From: Candidatus Pelagibacter ubique HTCC1062
Lineage (GTDB): Bacteria > Pseudomonadota > Alphaproteobacteria > Pelagibacterales > Pelagibacteraceae
NCBI RefSeq assembly: GCF_000012345.1
Contig: NC_007205.1
Location: 1,260,001-1,292,000 of the forward strand
Direction of reading: 5' to 3'
Length of the DNA stretch: 32,000 nucleotides
Shown: positions 1 through 8,373 of the stretch, piece by piece
Layout: each line of letters starts with the position of its first letter
Numbering within the stretch: position 1 is the stretch's first letter
Notes under the pieces: model-generated
Seen by the model: only the letters and a program-made list of their open reading frames with translations
Told to the model about the DNA's origin: nothing
Database searches by the model: none
Position numbers and translations under genes: made by a program

Positions 1-1048
1 GTTCTTTTGCATAATTTTCAACTATATTTACTGTGTTCTCATCTCTACCTGAGAATCTTAAATATTTTAATGTCTCTTCATCAATTGGGAAAAAACCACA
101 TGTCGCTCCATATTCTGGTGCCATATTTGCAATTGTTGCTCTATCAGCAAGAGTTAAATTCTTTAAGCCTTCTCCATAAAATTCAACAAATTTTCCAACA
201 ACTCCTTTATCTCTTAACATTTTTACAACTGTTAAAACTAAATCTGTCGCAGTAGTACCTTCTGGCATTTTATTTTTAACTTCAAATCCTATTACTTCTG
301 GAATTAACATTGAAATTGGCTGACCTAACATTCCAGCTTCAGCTTCTATTCCACCAACACCCCAACCAAGAACTGATAAACCATTAACCATAGTAGTGTG
401 ACTATCAGTACCAACTAACGTGTCAGGAAATAAATAGTCCTCGTTTTGAAATTTTTCAGACCAGACTACTTTTGATAAATATTCTAAATTAACCTGGTGA
501 CAAATCCCAGTTCCAGGAGGAACAATTCTAAAGTTATTAAAAGCTTGTTGTCCCCATTTTAAAAAAGAATATCTCTCACCATTTCTTTTAAATTCAATAT
601 CAACATTTTTTTCAAATGAATCTGAGTTTGCAGATTTATCTACTTGTACAGAGTGATCAATAACTAGATCAACTGCAGAAAGTGGGTTGATTGTATTGGG
701 ATCTTTATTTTTTTCTTTAACCGCTTCTCTCATAGCTGCAAGATCAGCAACTGCTGGTATTCCCGTGTAGTCCTGCAACAAAACTCTAGCTGGTCTATAA
801 GCTATCTCAGTTAATGATTTTTTTGTCTTTAGCCATTCTTTAATTGCTTCTATTTGACTTTTAGTAACTGATAGATCGTCCTCGTATCTTAAAAGGTTTT
901 CTAACAAAACTTTTAATGACTTTGGAAGTTTTGAAATTCCATCTAAACCGTTCTTTTCTGCTTCTACTAGAGAATAATATTTGTAATCCCTATCATTAAT
1001 ACTGATAGTTTTTAGGGAGTTATAAGAATTTTGATTTCCTGGTTTCAT
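1..1048 (-). CDS. acnA: Aconitate hydratase, N-terminal ~349 codons; the gene continues past the left window edge
   Basis: My reverse-complement translation from the ATG at 1048-1046 reads [35 protein letters not shown]...[18 protein letters not shown]...[28 protein letters not shown]...[17 protein letters not shown]...[30 protein letters not shown]...[18 protein letters not shown]. It aligns nearly motif for motif with the AcnA/IRP aconitase N-terminus. The ORF is open to position 2, which explains its absence from the ORF track. Confidence 0.9.
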   Translation of the reverse strand, partial: MKPGNQNSYNSLKTISINDRDYKYYSLVEAEKNGLDGISKLPKSLKVLLENLLRYEDDLSVTKSQIEAIKEWLKTKKSLTEIAYRPARVLLQDYTGIPAVADLAAMREAVKEKNKDPNTINPLSAVDLVIDHSVQVDKSANSDSFEKNVDIEFKRNGERYSFLKWGQQAFNNFRIVPPGTGICHQVNLEYLSKVVWSEKFQNEDYLFPDTLVGTDSHTTMVNGLSVLGWGVGGIEAEAGMLGQPISMLIPEVIGFEVKNKMPEGTTATDLVLTVVKMLRDKGVVGKFVEFYGEGLKNLTLADRATIANMAPEYGATCGFFPIDEETLKYLRFSGRDENTVNIVENYAKE

Positions 1049-1053
1049 TTAAT

Positions 1054-1641
1054 TTAGATATAGAACCCTATTATACAAACAATAAGTAGCAAGGACATAG
1101 CATAATTAAATCGTTTAATAAAATTATTATTTGTCGCAAAATTCCTTAAAAACTTACCTAAAAAAGCCCATGCTGTAATACTTGTTAGAGCTGTCAAAGA
1201 GCAAACGACAATAACTGTTAAAGAACTATTTAAGTAATCGTTTTCTAATACAAATTTTGAGATTAATGTAATAGCTGCCATTACTCCTTTAGGATTTAAA
1301 AACTGGAATGTAAAAGTATCAATAAATTTTACTGGATTAATTTTTTTACCCTCTTTGGATGTTTCAGAAAATGAAATTTTATAAGCTAAATATATGAGGA
1401 ATAAAGTTCCTAATATTCTGATCACTTCCTGGATTAATGGATATTTAATAAAAGTTGATATCAATACAAAATTGATCAAAATTACTAACACAGTATAACC
1501 CAACCAAACTCCCATTATTAATGGAATTGTTTTTTTTATACCAAAATTAAAACCTGAGTAAGAAGCAACAGCATTATTAGGTCCTGGTGTAAAACCTAAT
1601 GAACAAGAAATTCCAATCAATAAAAATACTTCAGGATGCAT
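1054..1641 (-). CDS. LysE/RhtB-family amino-acid efflux protein
   Basis: 195 aa and about six hydrophobic segments. The N-terminal motif TPGPNN is typical of LysE/RhtB translocators. Confidence 0.75.
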   Translation of the reverse strand: MHPEVFLLIGISCSLGFTPGPNNAVASYSGFNFGIKKTIPLIMGVWLGYTVLVILINFVLISTFIKYPLIQEVIRILGTLFLIYLAYKISFSETSKEGKKINPVKFIDTFTFQFLNPKGVMAAITLISKFVLENDYLNSSLTVIVVCSLTALTSITAWAFLGKFLRNFATNNNFIKRFNYAMSLLLIVCIIGFYI

Positions 1642-1646
1642 AAAGT

Positions 1647-1988
1647 TTAAGCTATTGGAAGCCCATTCTCTGATTGTTGAGATGGGTGAACTAGTATAAC
1701 TTTGCCTTCATCATCAATCGAACCTAAAATAAGAACTTGTGAAACTACACCTGCAATATTTTTTTCTGGAAAGTTACAAACGCCAATAACTTGTTTACCT
1801 TTTAAATTTTCTTCATTGTAATAATGTGTAATTTGTGCAGATGATTGCTTAACACCTATATCTTTTCCAAAATCCACTTCAATTATTAGTGAAGGTTTTC
1901 TAGCTTTTTCATTTTTTTTAACTGATATTACAGTGCCTACTCTAATGTCTATTTTGTCAAAAATATCATAGGTTATTTGTTCTTTCAT
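1647..1988 (-). CDS. tRNA-binding (EMAP/Myf-like OB-fold) protein of the CsaA/YgjH type
   Basis: 113 aa. The sequence F.K.DIRVGTV......EKARKP...EVDFG......SSAQIT..Y....L.GKQV..V.NF.....AG..S.VL matches the CsaA/YgjH tRNA-binding domain pattern. Confidence 0.75.
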   Translation of the reverse strand: MKEQITYDIFDKIDIRVGTVISVKKNEKARKPSLIIEVDFGKDIGVKQSSAQITHYYNEENLKGKQVIGVCNFPEKNIAGVVSQVLILGSIDDEGKVILVHPSQQSENGLPIA

Positions 1989-2015
1989 AAATTTAATATA
2001 TAATACAACTATATT

Positions 2016-3206
2016 ATGAGTACAGAAAATAGTTCAGATCAATTATTCAACAACTCTGTTAAAATCTTAACTGATTTAATTAGTTTCAAAACTATATCTG
2101 GAGAAGACAATAGTTCATTAATTAACTATTGTGATGAAATTCTAAACAAACTAGGTGCTACTTCATTTAAAACTTTTGACGATGAAAAAAAAAGAGTTAA
2201 TCTTTTTGCTACACTTAAAGCAAAGAAACCTAGTAATAAAAAACCTATAATTTTATCAGGTCATACTGATGTTGTTCCAGTTTCTAAGGGATGGAGTACC
2301 GATCCATTTGTTGCAACAATAAAAGATGACAAACTTTTTGGTAGAGGTTCTTGTGATATGAAAGGTTTTATAGCTTGCACATTAGCTTTTGCTCCTATTT
2401 ATGCAAAAGCTAATTTAGATAGAGATATTCATTTCTCATATACGTTTGATGAAGAAACTGCCTGTATAGGGGCTCCAATTTTAATTGAAGAGTTAAAAAA
2501 AAGAGGAGTTAAAGATGGAATTTGTATAATTGGTGAGCCTACTAATATGAAAATAATAGATGCACACAAAGGATGCTACGAATACACAACTTATTTTGAG
2601 GGTTTAGCAGGTCATAGTTCTGCTCCACACAAGGGAGTTAGTGCTGTTGAATACGCATCAAGATATGTGAATAAACTAATTGAATTAAGAGAAGAATTAA
2701 AAGAAAGATCACCTAAAGACTCTATTTTTGACCCTCCTCACTCTACTTTATCAATTGGAGGGATTTTTGGCGGTATAGCACACAATGTAATAGCGGATAA
2801 ATGTCATGTGAATTGGGAAACAAGACCTGTCGTCAAAGAAGATGGTGTTTTTTTAAATGCAAAAATAGATAAATATGCAAATGAAATACTTTTACCAGAT
2901 ATGAAAAAAGTTTTTCCTAACGCATCAATTAAAAAAAAAATTATTGGTGAAGTCACTGGTTTTGATAGAGATGAAAAATCGAATGCTTGTGAACTAGTTT
3001 CAAGTTTAACAGGAGACAACACAAGAGAAGTTGTGTCATTTGGAACTGAAGCTGGTTTATTTCAAGAAATAGGAATAAGCACAGTTGTGTGTGGACCAGG
3101 CTCGATTGAGCAAGCTCACAAAATTGATGAATTTATAATTCTTGATGAGCTTAAAAAATGTTTAAGCTTGCTGGATGGCATTAAAGAAAAATCTGTAATA
3201 AATTAA
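2016..3206 (+). CDS. argE: M20-family metallo-deacylase, acetylornithine deacetylase (ArgE)-like
   Basis: 396 aa with the M20 motifs SGHTDVVPV, GRGSCDMKG and IIGEPT. The C-terminal GPGSIEQAHKIDEF is typical of ArgE/DapE-type enzymes. The substrate cannot be fixed from sequence. Confidence 0.65.
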   Translation: MSTENSSDQLFNNSVKILTDLISFKTISGEDNSSLINYCDEILNKLGATSFKTFDDEKKRVNLFATLKAKKPSNKKPIILSGHTDVVPVSKGWSTDPFVATIKDDKLFGRGSCDMKGFIACTLAFAPIYAKANLDRDIHFSYTFDEETACIGAPILIEELKKRGVKDGICIIGEPTNMKIIDAHKGCYEYTTYFEGLAGHSSAPHKGVSAVEYASRYVNKLIELREELKERSPKDSIFDPPHSTLSIGGIFGGIAHNVIADKCHVNWETRPVVKEDGVFLNAKIDKYANEILLPDMKKVFPNASIKKKIIGEVTGFDRDEKSNACELVSSLTGDNTREVVSFGTEAGLFQEIGISTVVCGPGSIEQAHKIDEFIILDELKKCLSLLDGIKEKSVIN

Positions 3207-3227
3207 CAAATTGTTAATTTAGTTAAA

Positions 3228-4664
3228 TTAATCGTTCCAACCACTAACTACCTTAACTTCTAAATATTCTTCTAAACCTAATTTACCAGCTTCACGGCCA
3301 ATACCTGAATGTTTGTATCCACCAAAAGGGGCATCAGGAGCTAAGCCTGCACCATTAATATCGACCATTCCTGATCTTAATTTTCTAGCAACTCTATTCG
3401 CTTTTTCTTGATCTTGAGTTTGAATAAAATTTAATAATCCATACGGAGTGTCATTAGCTATAGCAATAGCCTCTTCTTCAGTTTCGAAAGGTATAATTGA
3501 CAAAACAGGACCAAATATTTCTGTTCTTGCAATCTGCATTTGGTTATTAACATCCGCAAATGCTGTAGGTTTAACAAAATAACCTTTATCAAGGCCATCT
3601 GGTTTGCCTGTTCCACCAGCAACTAATTTTGCACCTTCATCAATTCCAACCTGTATTAATGTTTGAATTTTTTCAAATTGAGTTTTTGAAACAACAGGAC
3701 CAATATGATCACCATTTTTTGTTGCAACATCAACTTTCATTGAGTTAGCAAAATTTTTAACTCTTTCCACTGCATCTGCATAGATTGATTTTTCAACTAA
3801 CATTCTTGTTGGAGCATTACATGATTGCCCTGAATTTCTAAAACATCTAAGCGCTCCTCTTTCAATTGCTTCAGCGTCAGCATCTTTAAATATGATATTT
3901 GCACCTTTCCCTCCAAGTTCAAGACTAATTCTTTTAAAATCACTTGCAGCATTTTGAGAAATTAAAGCACCTGCTCTAGTTGATCCTGTAAATGAAACCA
4001 TGTTTACATCTGGATGACTAGTAAGTGCATTACCAGCAACAGCACCATCTCCGTTAATAAGATTAAAAACACCTTTTGGTAGTTTAATTTCATCAATCAT
4101 TTCTGCTAAAATTATTGATGATAATGGAGCTATCTCCGATGGTTTAAGAACCATTGTGCATCCAGCTGCTATAGCAGGAATCACTTTCAAGCAAACCTGA
4201 TTCATTGGCCAGTTCCATGGAGTTATTAACGCGCAAACTCCTTTTGGTTCATGTAAAATATTATTATTAAGAGCATGTTCTCCTAATTTTGCTTCAAATG
4301 TGTATTCTTTTAAAACTTTTATATAGGATTTTATGTGGCTAGCTCCAGTTCCCGCTTGTAATTGTGTTGAAAAATCTATCGGCGATCCCATTTCAAGTGA
4401 GATTGCCTTAGCCATATCATTCCATCTTTTTTTATAAACTTCATAGAGGGCTTCTAAATACTTTAATCTTTCTTCTTTAGTAGAGAAGGCCCAAGTTTCA
4501 AATGCTTTAGTTGCAGCACTTACAGCATCATTTACATCATCAACTCCAGCTAAAGATATAACTGCGCATTCCTCTTCAGTTGAAGGGTCAATTACTTTGA
4601 AATCATTTGATTTTTTTGGAGAAACCCATTCTCCATTTATATAAAAATTTTTTTTATCCAACAT
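3228..4664 (-). CDS. NAD(P)+-dependent aldehyde dehydrogenase
   Basis: 478 aa with the ALDH signatures ELGGKGANIIF (catalytic Glu), GQSCNAPTR (catalytic Cys), FTGST and PFGGYKHSGIGRE. Confidence 0.9.
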   Translation of the reverse strand: MLDKKNFYINGEWVSPKKSNDFKVIDPSTEEECAVISLAGVDDVNDAVSAATKAFETWAFSTKEERLKYLEALYEVYKKRWNDMAKAISLEMGSPIDFSTQLQAGTGASHIKSYIKVLKEYTFEAKLGEHALNNNILHEPKGVCALITPWNWPMNQVCLKVIPAIAAGCTMVLKPSEIAPLSSIILAEMIDEIKLPKGVFNLINGDGAVAGNALTSHPDVNMVSFTGSTRAGALISQNAASDFKRISLELGGKGANIIFKDADAEAIERGALRCFRNSGQSCNAPTRMLVEKSIYADAVERVKNFANSMKVDVATKNGDHIGPVVSKTQFEKIQTLIQVGIDEGAKLVAGGTGKPDGLDKGYFVKPTAFADVNNQMQIARTEIFGPVLSIIPFETEEEAIAIANDTPYGLLNFIQTQDQEKANRVARKLRSGMVDINGAGLAPDAPFGGYKHSGIGREAGKLGLEEYLEVKVVSGWND

Positions 4665-4678
4665 TTCTAAAAATTATA

Positions 4679-5644
4679 TTATCTTTTAACTTTTGCAAAC
4701 AAATTAGTTAATTCATAAACAATTGTAGCTGCTGCTAAAGATGTAACTTCTGCATGGTCATATGCTGGAGACACTTCAACTACATCCGCAGAAATTAAAT
4801 TTAAACCTGAAAGGCCTCTTATGACATTAACCATTTCTCTTGTAGTCATTCCTGCAATTTCGGGTGTACCCGTCCCAGGTGCAAAAGCAGGATCCAAAAC
4901 ATCTATATCAATAGATAAATAAAGTGGATTGTTCCCAACTCTTTTTCTTATTCTTTCAGCAATTTTATCTGTACCTTGTGTTTGAAATTCATCACAGTGA
5001 ATGATTTTAAAACCAAACTCTTCATCATTTTTAATATCATCTCTACTGTAAAGAGGACCTCTAATCCCAACATGCATTGAAGCATCATCTAAAAATAAAT
5101 TTTCTTCTCTTGCTCTTCTAAAAGGAGTTCCATGAGTATAGGGCGCTCCAAAATATGTGTCCCATGTATCTAGGTGAGCATCAAAATGTACTAAAGCAAC
5201 TGGCCCATTATTCATTTTATTAATAGCTCTTAGCAAAGGAAGAGCAATTGTGTGATCACCTCCTAAACTAATAATGCCACCTACTTTATCTAAAAGTTCC
5301 GTAGCCCCCTCTTCTATTTGTTTAATGGCTTCATCAATGTTAAATGGGTTACATGTAATGTCGCCTGCATCAGCAACTTGCTGAACTTTAAATGGTTCAA
5401 CGTCGTAACTTGGATGATAATTAGTTCTTAAATGTCTTGATGCCTGTCTAATACTCATGGGTCCAAATCTCGCACCAGCTCTATAACTAGTGCCTGCATC
5501 AAATGGAATTCCAACAATTGCTACGTCACAACTCTCAACATCTCTTAATTCTGGTAATCTTGCAAATGTAGATGGCCCTGCAAATCTTGGAACTTTAGTT
5601 CCACTTATTGGTTGTACTGGATTTTTGTTTCTTTCTTTTTTCAT
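4679..5644 (-). CDS. Agmatinase-family ureohydrolase (agmatinase, guanidinobutyrase or guanidinopropionase)
   Basis: 321 aa with the Mn-binding arginase-fold motifs GGDHTIALP, HFDAHLDTWD, SIDIDVLDPAFAPGTGTPE and ADVVEVSPAYD. It lies 14 bp upstream of the ALDH on the same strand. Confidence 0.85.
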   Translation of the reverse strand: MKKERNKNPVQPISGTKVPRFAGPSTFARLPELRDVESCDVAIVGIPFDAGTSYRAGARFGPMSIRQASRHLRTNYHPSYDVEPFKVQQVADAGDITCNPFNIDEAIKQIEEGATELLDKVGGIISLGGDHTIALPLLRAINKMNNGPVALVHFDAHLDTWDTYFGAPYTHGTPFRRAREENLFLDDASMHVGIRGPLYSRDDIKNDEEFGFKIIHCDEFQTQGTDKIAERIRKRVGNNPLYLSIDIDVLDPAFAPGTGTPEIAGMTTREMVNVIRGLSGLNLISADVVEVSPAYDHAEVTSLAAATIVYELTNLFAKVKR

Positions 5645-5701
5645 TTATAAATAAAATGTACCACATTCTTTAAGAATGGAATATCTTCTATCTTTAAAAT
5701 T

Positions 5702-6439
5702 ATGAACTTAATAAGAGCTATTTTACTATTAATTTTTTTAAGTACACCCCTAAAAGCAAATACTATTTATAATTTAATTAAGATACCTAACTTAGAGATT
5801 TATGAAATAAATACCAAAAATAAACTTAGATATTTTTATGCAGCAAGACCCTTCCAACTAGGCACTCAAAAAAACATTGTTTGTTCAAATCCTAATAAGA
5901 AAGATTTAGAATTAAAATATAAGATTATTCATAAAAATCTTAATAGATACTCTTATGACTATCTAAAAAAAATTAATCTCAAATATATTGTAATGTGTGA
6001 AAATTTATCTATCTCAGAACTATATACAGCTGGTATTCCAGATAATATAATGAAAACATTAATACTAGATATCAAATTTAATGAGAAATATTTTGAAAGA
6101 GTAATTCATCATGAAGTTTTTCATGTAATGCATCTTCAGCACAAAAATATTTTTAATGAAGAAGAATGGGCTAAATTTAATAATTTTGAATTTAAATACG
6201 CTGAATGCTCTACATGCACAAAGAATATATCTTTAGAAAAATATCAAGAGACTGATGGGTTTTTTACAGAATACTCTAAATCAACAGCTTCAGAAGATAT
6301 GGCAGAAGTTTATTCGCATATGATCTTCTTAGAGAAAAAAGAAATTAATCAAATTCGTAAATTAGATCCTATTTTAAATAATAAAATTTCATATATTGAA
6401 AATAAAATAAAAGAAATAGATAATTCTTTTACTTACTAA
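5702..6439 (+). CDS. Secreted hypothetical protein with an HExxH zincin-like motif
   Basis: 245 aa. The N-terminal signal-like segment is MNLIRAILLLIFLSTPLKA. HEVFH is encoded at nt 6110-6124, followed downstream by ASEDMAEVYSHMIF, a possible third-ligand Glu helix as in minimal zincins. I recognise no confident family. Confidence 0.5.
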   Translation: MNLIRAILLLIFLSTPLKANTIYNLIKIPNLEIYEINTKNKLRYFYAARPFQLGTQKNIVCSNPNKKDLELKYKIIHKNLNRYSYDYLKKINLKYIVMCENLSISELYTAGIPDNIMKTLILDIKFNEKYFERVIHHEVFHVMHLQHKNIFNEEEWAKFNNFEFKYAECSTCTKNISLEKYQETDGFFTEYSKSTASEDMAEVYSHMIFLEKKEINQIRKLDPILNNKISYIENKIKEIDNSFTY

Positions 6440-7083
6440 TGATAAAAAAAATTAAAGCTTCTAAATCAGAAAAACTTATTTTTATTTTTTTAATCCTATT
6501 AGCTATCACAACTTTCTGCACATATTTTATAGTTAAGAATAAATGTTTATTTGTCAAAAATATTGATCCAAAGAATATTACTTTTAAAAATCCAAATAAT
6601 ATCGCAGTTTTAAATGCACCTTGTGGAAATGTAATTATAGAACTTTACCCTAATATTTCACCTAATGCTGTTCAAAGATTTGTAACTTTAATTAGATCTA
6701 ACGCTTATGAGAATATTGCTTTTCATAGAGTAATTGAAAATAAACTTATCCAGGCTGGTGACCTAGAGTTTGGAAAAAAAGGAAATTTAGATTATGGAAA
6801 AATTGGAACTGGAAAATCAGGTTTAGGTACAATTAAATCAGAAATTGATAATGATTTTAATTATACCAAAGGTAGTGTCGGATTAGCTCGAACATTTAAG
6901 AATGATACTGAAGACAGTCAATTCTTTATAATCCTACAGGATGAACCATTATTTGAAGGCGAATATACACCCGTTGGAAAAGTTCTTTATGGTTTAGAAG
7001 TATTGAAAAAGATAAAATCTGATAAACGCTCAGAGTATATATTAAGACCAGATTTTATTAATTCCTTTAAAATGCTTAATTAA
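6439..7083 (+). CDS. Cyclophilin-type peptidyl-prolyl cis-trans isomerase with an N-terminal membrane anchor or signal
   Basis: 214 aa. A hydrophobic N-terminus (LIFIFLILLAITTFCTYFIV) is followed by the cyclophilin core F.......N.AFHRVIENKLIQAGD....G.G..G...SQFFI. The start overlaps the upstream stop (TAATG at 6437-6441). Confidence 0.85.
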   Translation: MIKKIKASKSEKLIFIFLILLAITTFCTYFIVKNKCLFVKNIDPKNITFKNPNNIAVLNAPCGNVIIELYPNISPNAVQRFVTLIRSNAYENIAFHRVIENKLIQAGDLEFGKKGNLDYGKIGTGKSGLGTIKSEIDNDFNYTKGSVGLARTFKNDTEDSQFFIILQDEPLFEGEYTPVGKVLYGLEVLKKIKSDKRSEYILRPDFINSFKMLN

Positions 7084-7164
7084 CAATGAATAAAATTTCA
7101 AGTTGAACCCATTTTAGTCACTCTATAACTATTATTATTAATTGAAAATTGATGAGATACGTTT

Positions 7165-8373
7165 GTGAGAAATGTCCTAAAAAATACAATTAGGAAAAAA
7201 ATTAATTTAAGTAAAAAAAAATTAATTGAACAACCCTTAAAAATTTTAAAAAAGATTAATATAGAAAAATTAACAAAATTCACATCATTTTCTCTAATAG
7301 AAAAATACAATAATTTCAAAGAAAGAGCCAAACAAAAAGAACTGCATAGAATTAAATTAATAAAAGAAGAAAGAATTAAAGAATTAAAAAAAGAAAAGTT
7401 AGAACAAGAAAAACAAAAAAATGAAGAAATAAGGTTAATTAAACAAAATGAATTAAATCTAATAAAGGAAGAAAAACAAAGAATAGCTAATGAAGAAAAA
7501 CTGAAAGAAAAAATTATAAAACAACAGCAACAGATTGAAAGAAAAAAAATTAAACTTGAATCTCAAAGAATTAAAGCTGAAGAGCAAAAACTAAAAGATG
7601 AAGAAGAGGAAAAAGTAAGACAAGATGATTTAAAAATAAAAGAAGAAAAACTAAAATTAGAATTTTTTGAAAAGCAAAGAATAAGACAAGAGCAACAAAA
7701 AGCTAAAATTGAAAATGATAAATTAATGGCTCTTGAGAAACAAAAAGCCCGTGAAGCTAAACAGAAAATAAAAGATGAAGAAGAAAGATTAAAAAATATT
7801 GAGATTGATAAACAAAAAAAAAATATGCAAAAGTTAATTGAAGAAGAACATAAATTAAATTATCAAAAACAAAAACTTGAAGAAATTGAACAAAGTATCA
7901 AAAAAATTGAAATTGAAAGAATAAGAGAAAAAGAAATAAAAATATTAAAAGAAGCTGATGAGTTAAGAGAAAAAGAAAAACAACTTAGACTAAAAGAACA
8001 ATTAGAAATAGAGGAGCTTAACGAATTAAGATTAAATGAACTCAATCAAAGAAAAATCCAGGAAGAATTACAACTAAAAGAAGAAAAAATAAGATTAGAA
8101 AATTTAAGAGAACAAAAAATAATTCAAGCTAGAATTCTTGAAGAAAAAAGAATTAAAGATGAAGAAGAGAGAATAAAAGAGTGGGAAAGGAAATTTGATG
8201 AGGAGCAAATAGCAAAAGAAGAAGAATTGATTAAGAAGTTTAATGACCAATTAATTAAAGAAAAAGAACAAAGTGAAAAGATAATAGAATTTAAAAAAGA
8301 AGAAGTAATAGAAGAAAAAAAAGAAGAAATATTAGAAAACGAGGTAAAGAAAGAAGAAGATGATAGATATTAG
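7165..8373 (+). CDS. Lys/Glu-rich, low-complexity, predicted all-helical protein of unknown function
   Basis: A 402-codon open frame in an AT-rich genome where random frames close quickly. The coding strand is strongly purine-rich. The product has no Gly, no Cys, one Pro and one Trp, with no TM segment or signal peptide. The only canonical start is the GTG at 7165, because the frame opens at 7156 after a TGA. Confidence 0.6.
   Translation: MRNVLKNTIRKKINLSKKKLIEQPLKILKKINIEKLTKFTSFSLIEKYNNFKERAKQKELHRIKLIKEERIKELKKEKLEQEKQKNEEIRLIKQNELNLIKEEKQRIANEEKLKEKIIKQQQQIERKKIKLESQRIKAEEQKLKDEEEEKVRQDDLKIKEEKLKLEFFEKQRIRQEQQKAKIENDKLMALEKQKAREAKQKIKDEEERLKNIEIDKQKKNMQKLIEEEHKLNYQKQKLEEIEQSIKKIEIERIREKEIKILKEADELREKEKQLRLKEQLEIEELNELRLNELNQRKIQEELQLKEEKIRLENLREQKIIQARILEEKRIKDEEERIKEWERKFDEEQIAKEEELIKKFNDQLIKEKEQSEKIIEFKKEEVIEEKKEEILENEVKKEEDDRY

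Noticed and set aside
7-255. 82-aa plus-strand ORF (TTG start) at the left edge
   Set aside because: It lies entirely antisense to the aconitase reading frame, which has unmistakable AcnA motifs. The product is leucine-rich and low-complexity, typical of antisense frames in AT-rich DNA.
2804-3022. 72-aa minus-strand ORF inside the ArgE-like gene
   Set aside because: It is antisense to a well-supported M20 deacylase frame and has no recognisable motifs.
3199-3221. Perfect AT-only palindrome AAATTAACAA-A-TTGTTAATTT between the convergent ArgE-like and ALDH genes, considered as a bidirectional terminator
   Set aside because: The stem is entirely A/T, with effectively no loop and no distinct U-tract beyond background. 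It may be a weak hairpin, but I cannot support calling it a terminator.
7098-7331. 77-aa minus-strand ORF spanning the start of the K/E-rich gene
   Set aside because: Its Phe/Ile/Leu-rich product is the mirror image of the purine-rich coding strand. It has no start context or motifs. The related ORF at 7863-8045 (a Ser/Phe/Leu repeat) is rejected for the same reason.
7165-8373. Repetitive AAAGAAGAA-type sequence, considered as a CRISPR array, tandem-repeat satellite or non-coding low-complexity DNA
   Set aside because: It has no regular repeat-spacer periodicity. The repeats are degenerate and in-frame, and a single 402-codon frame stays open throughout. That outcome is not expected for non-coding AT-rich DNA.
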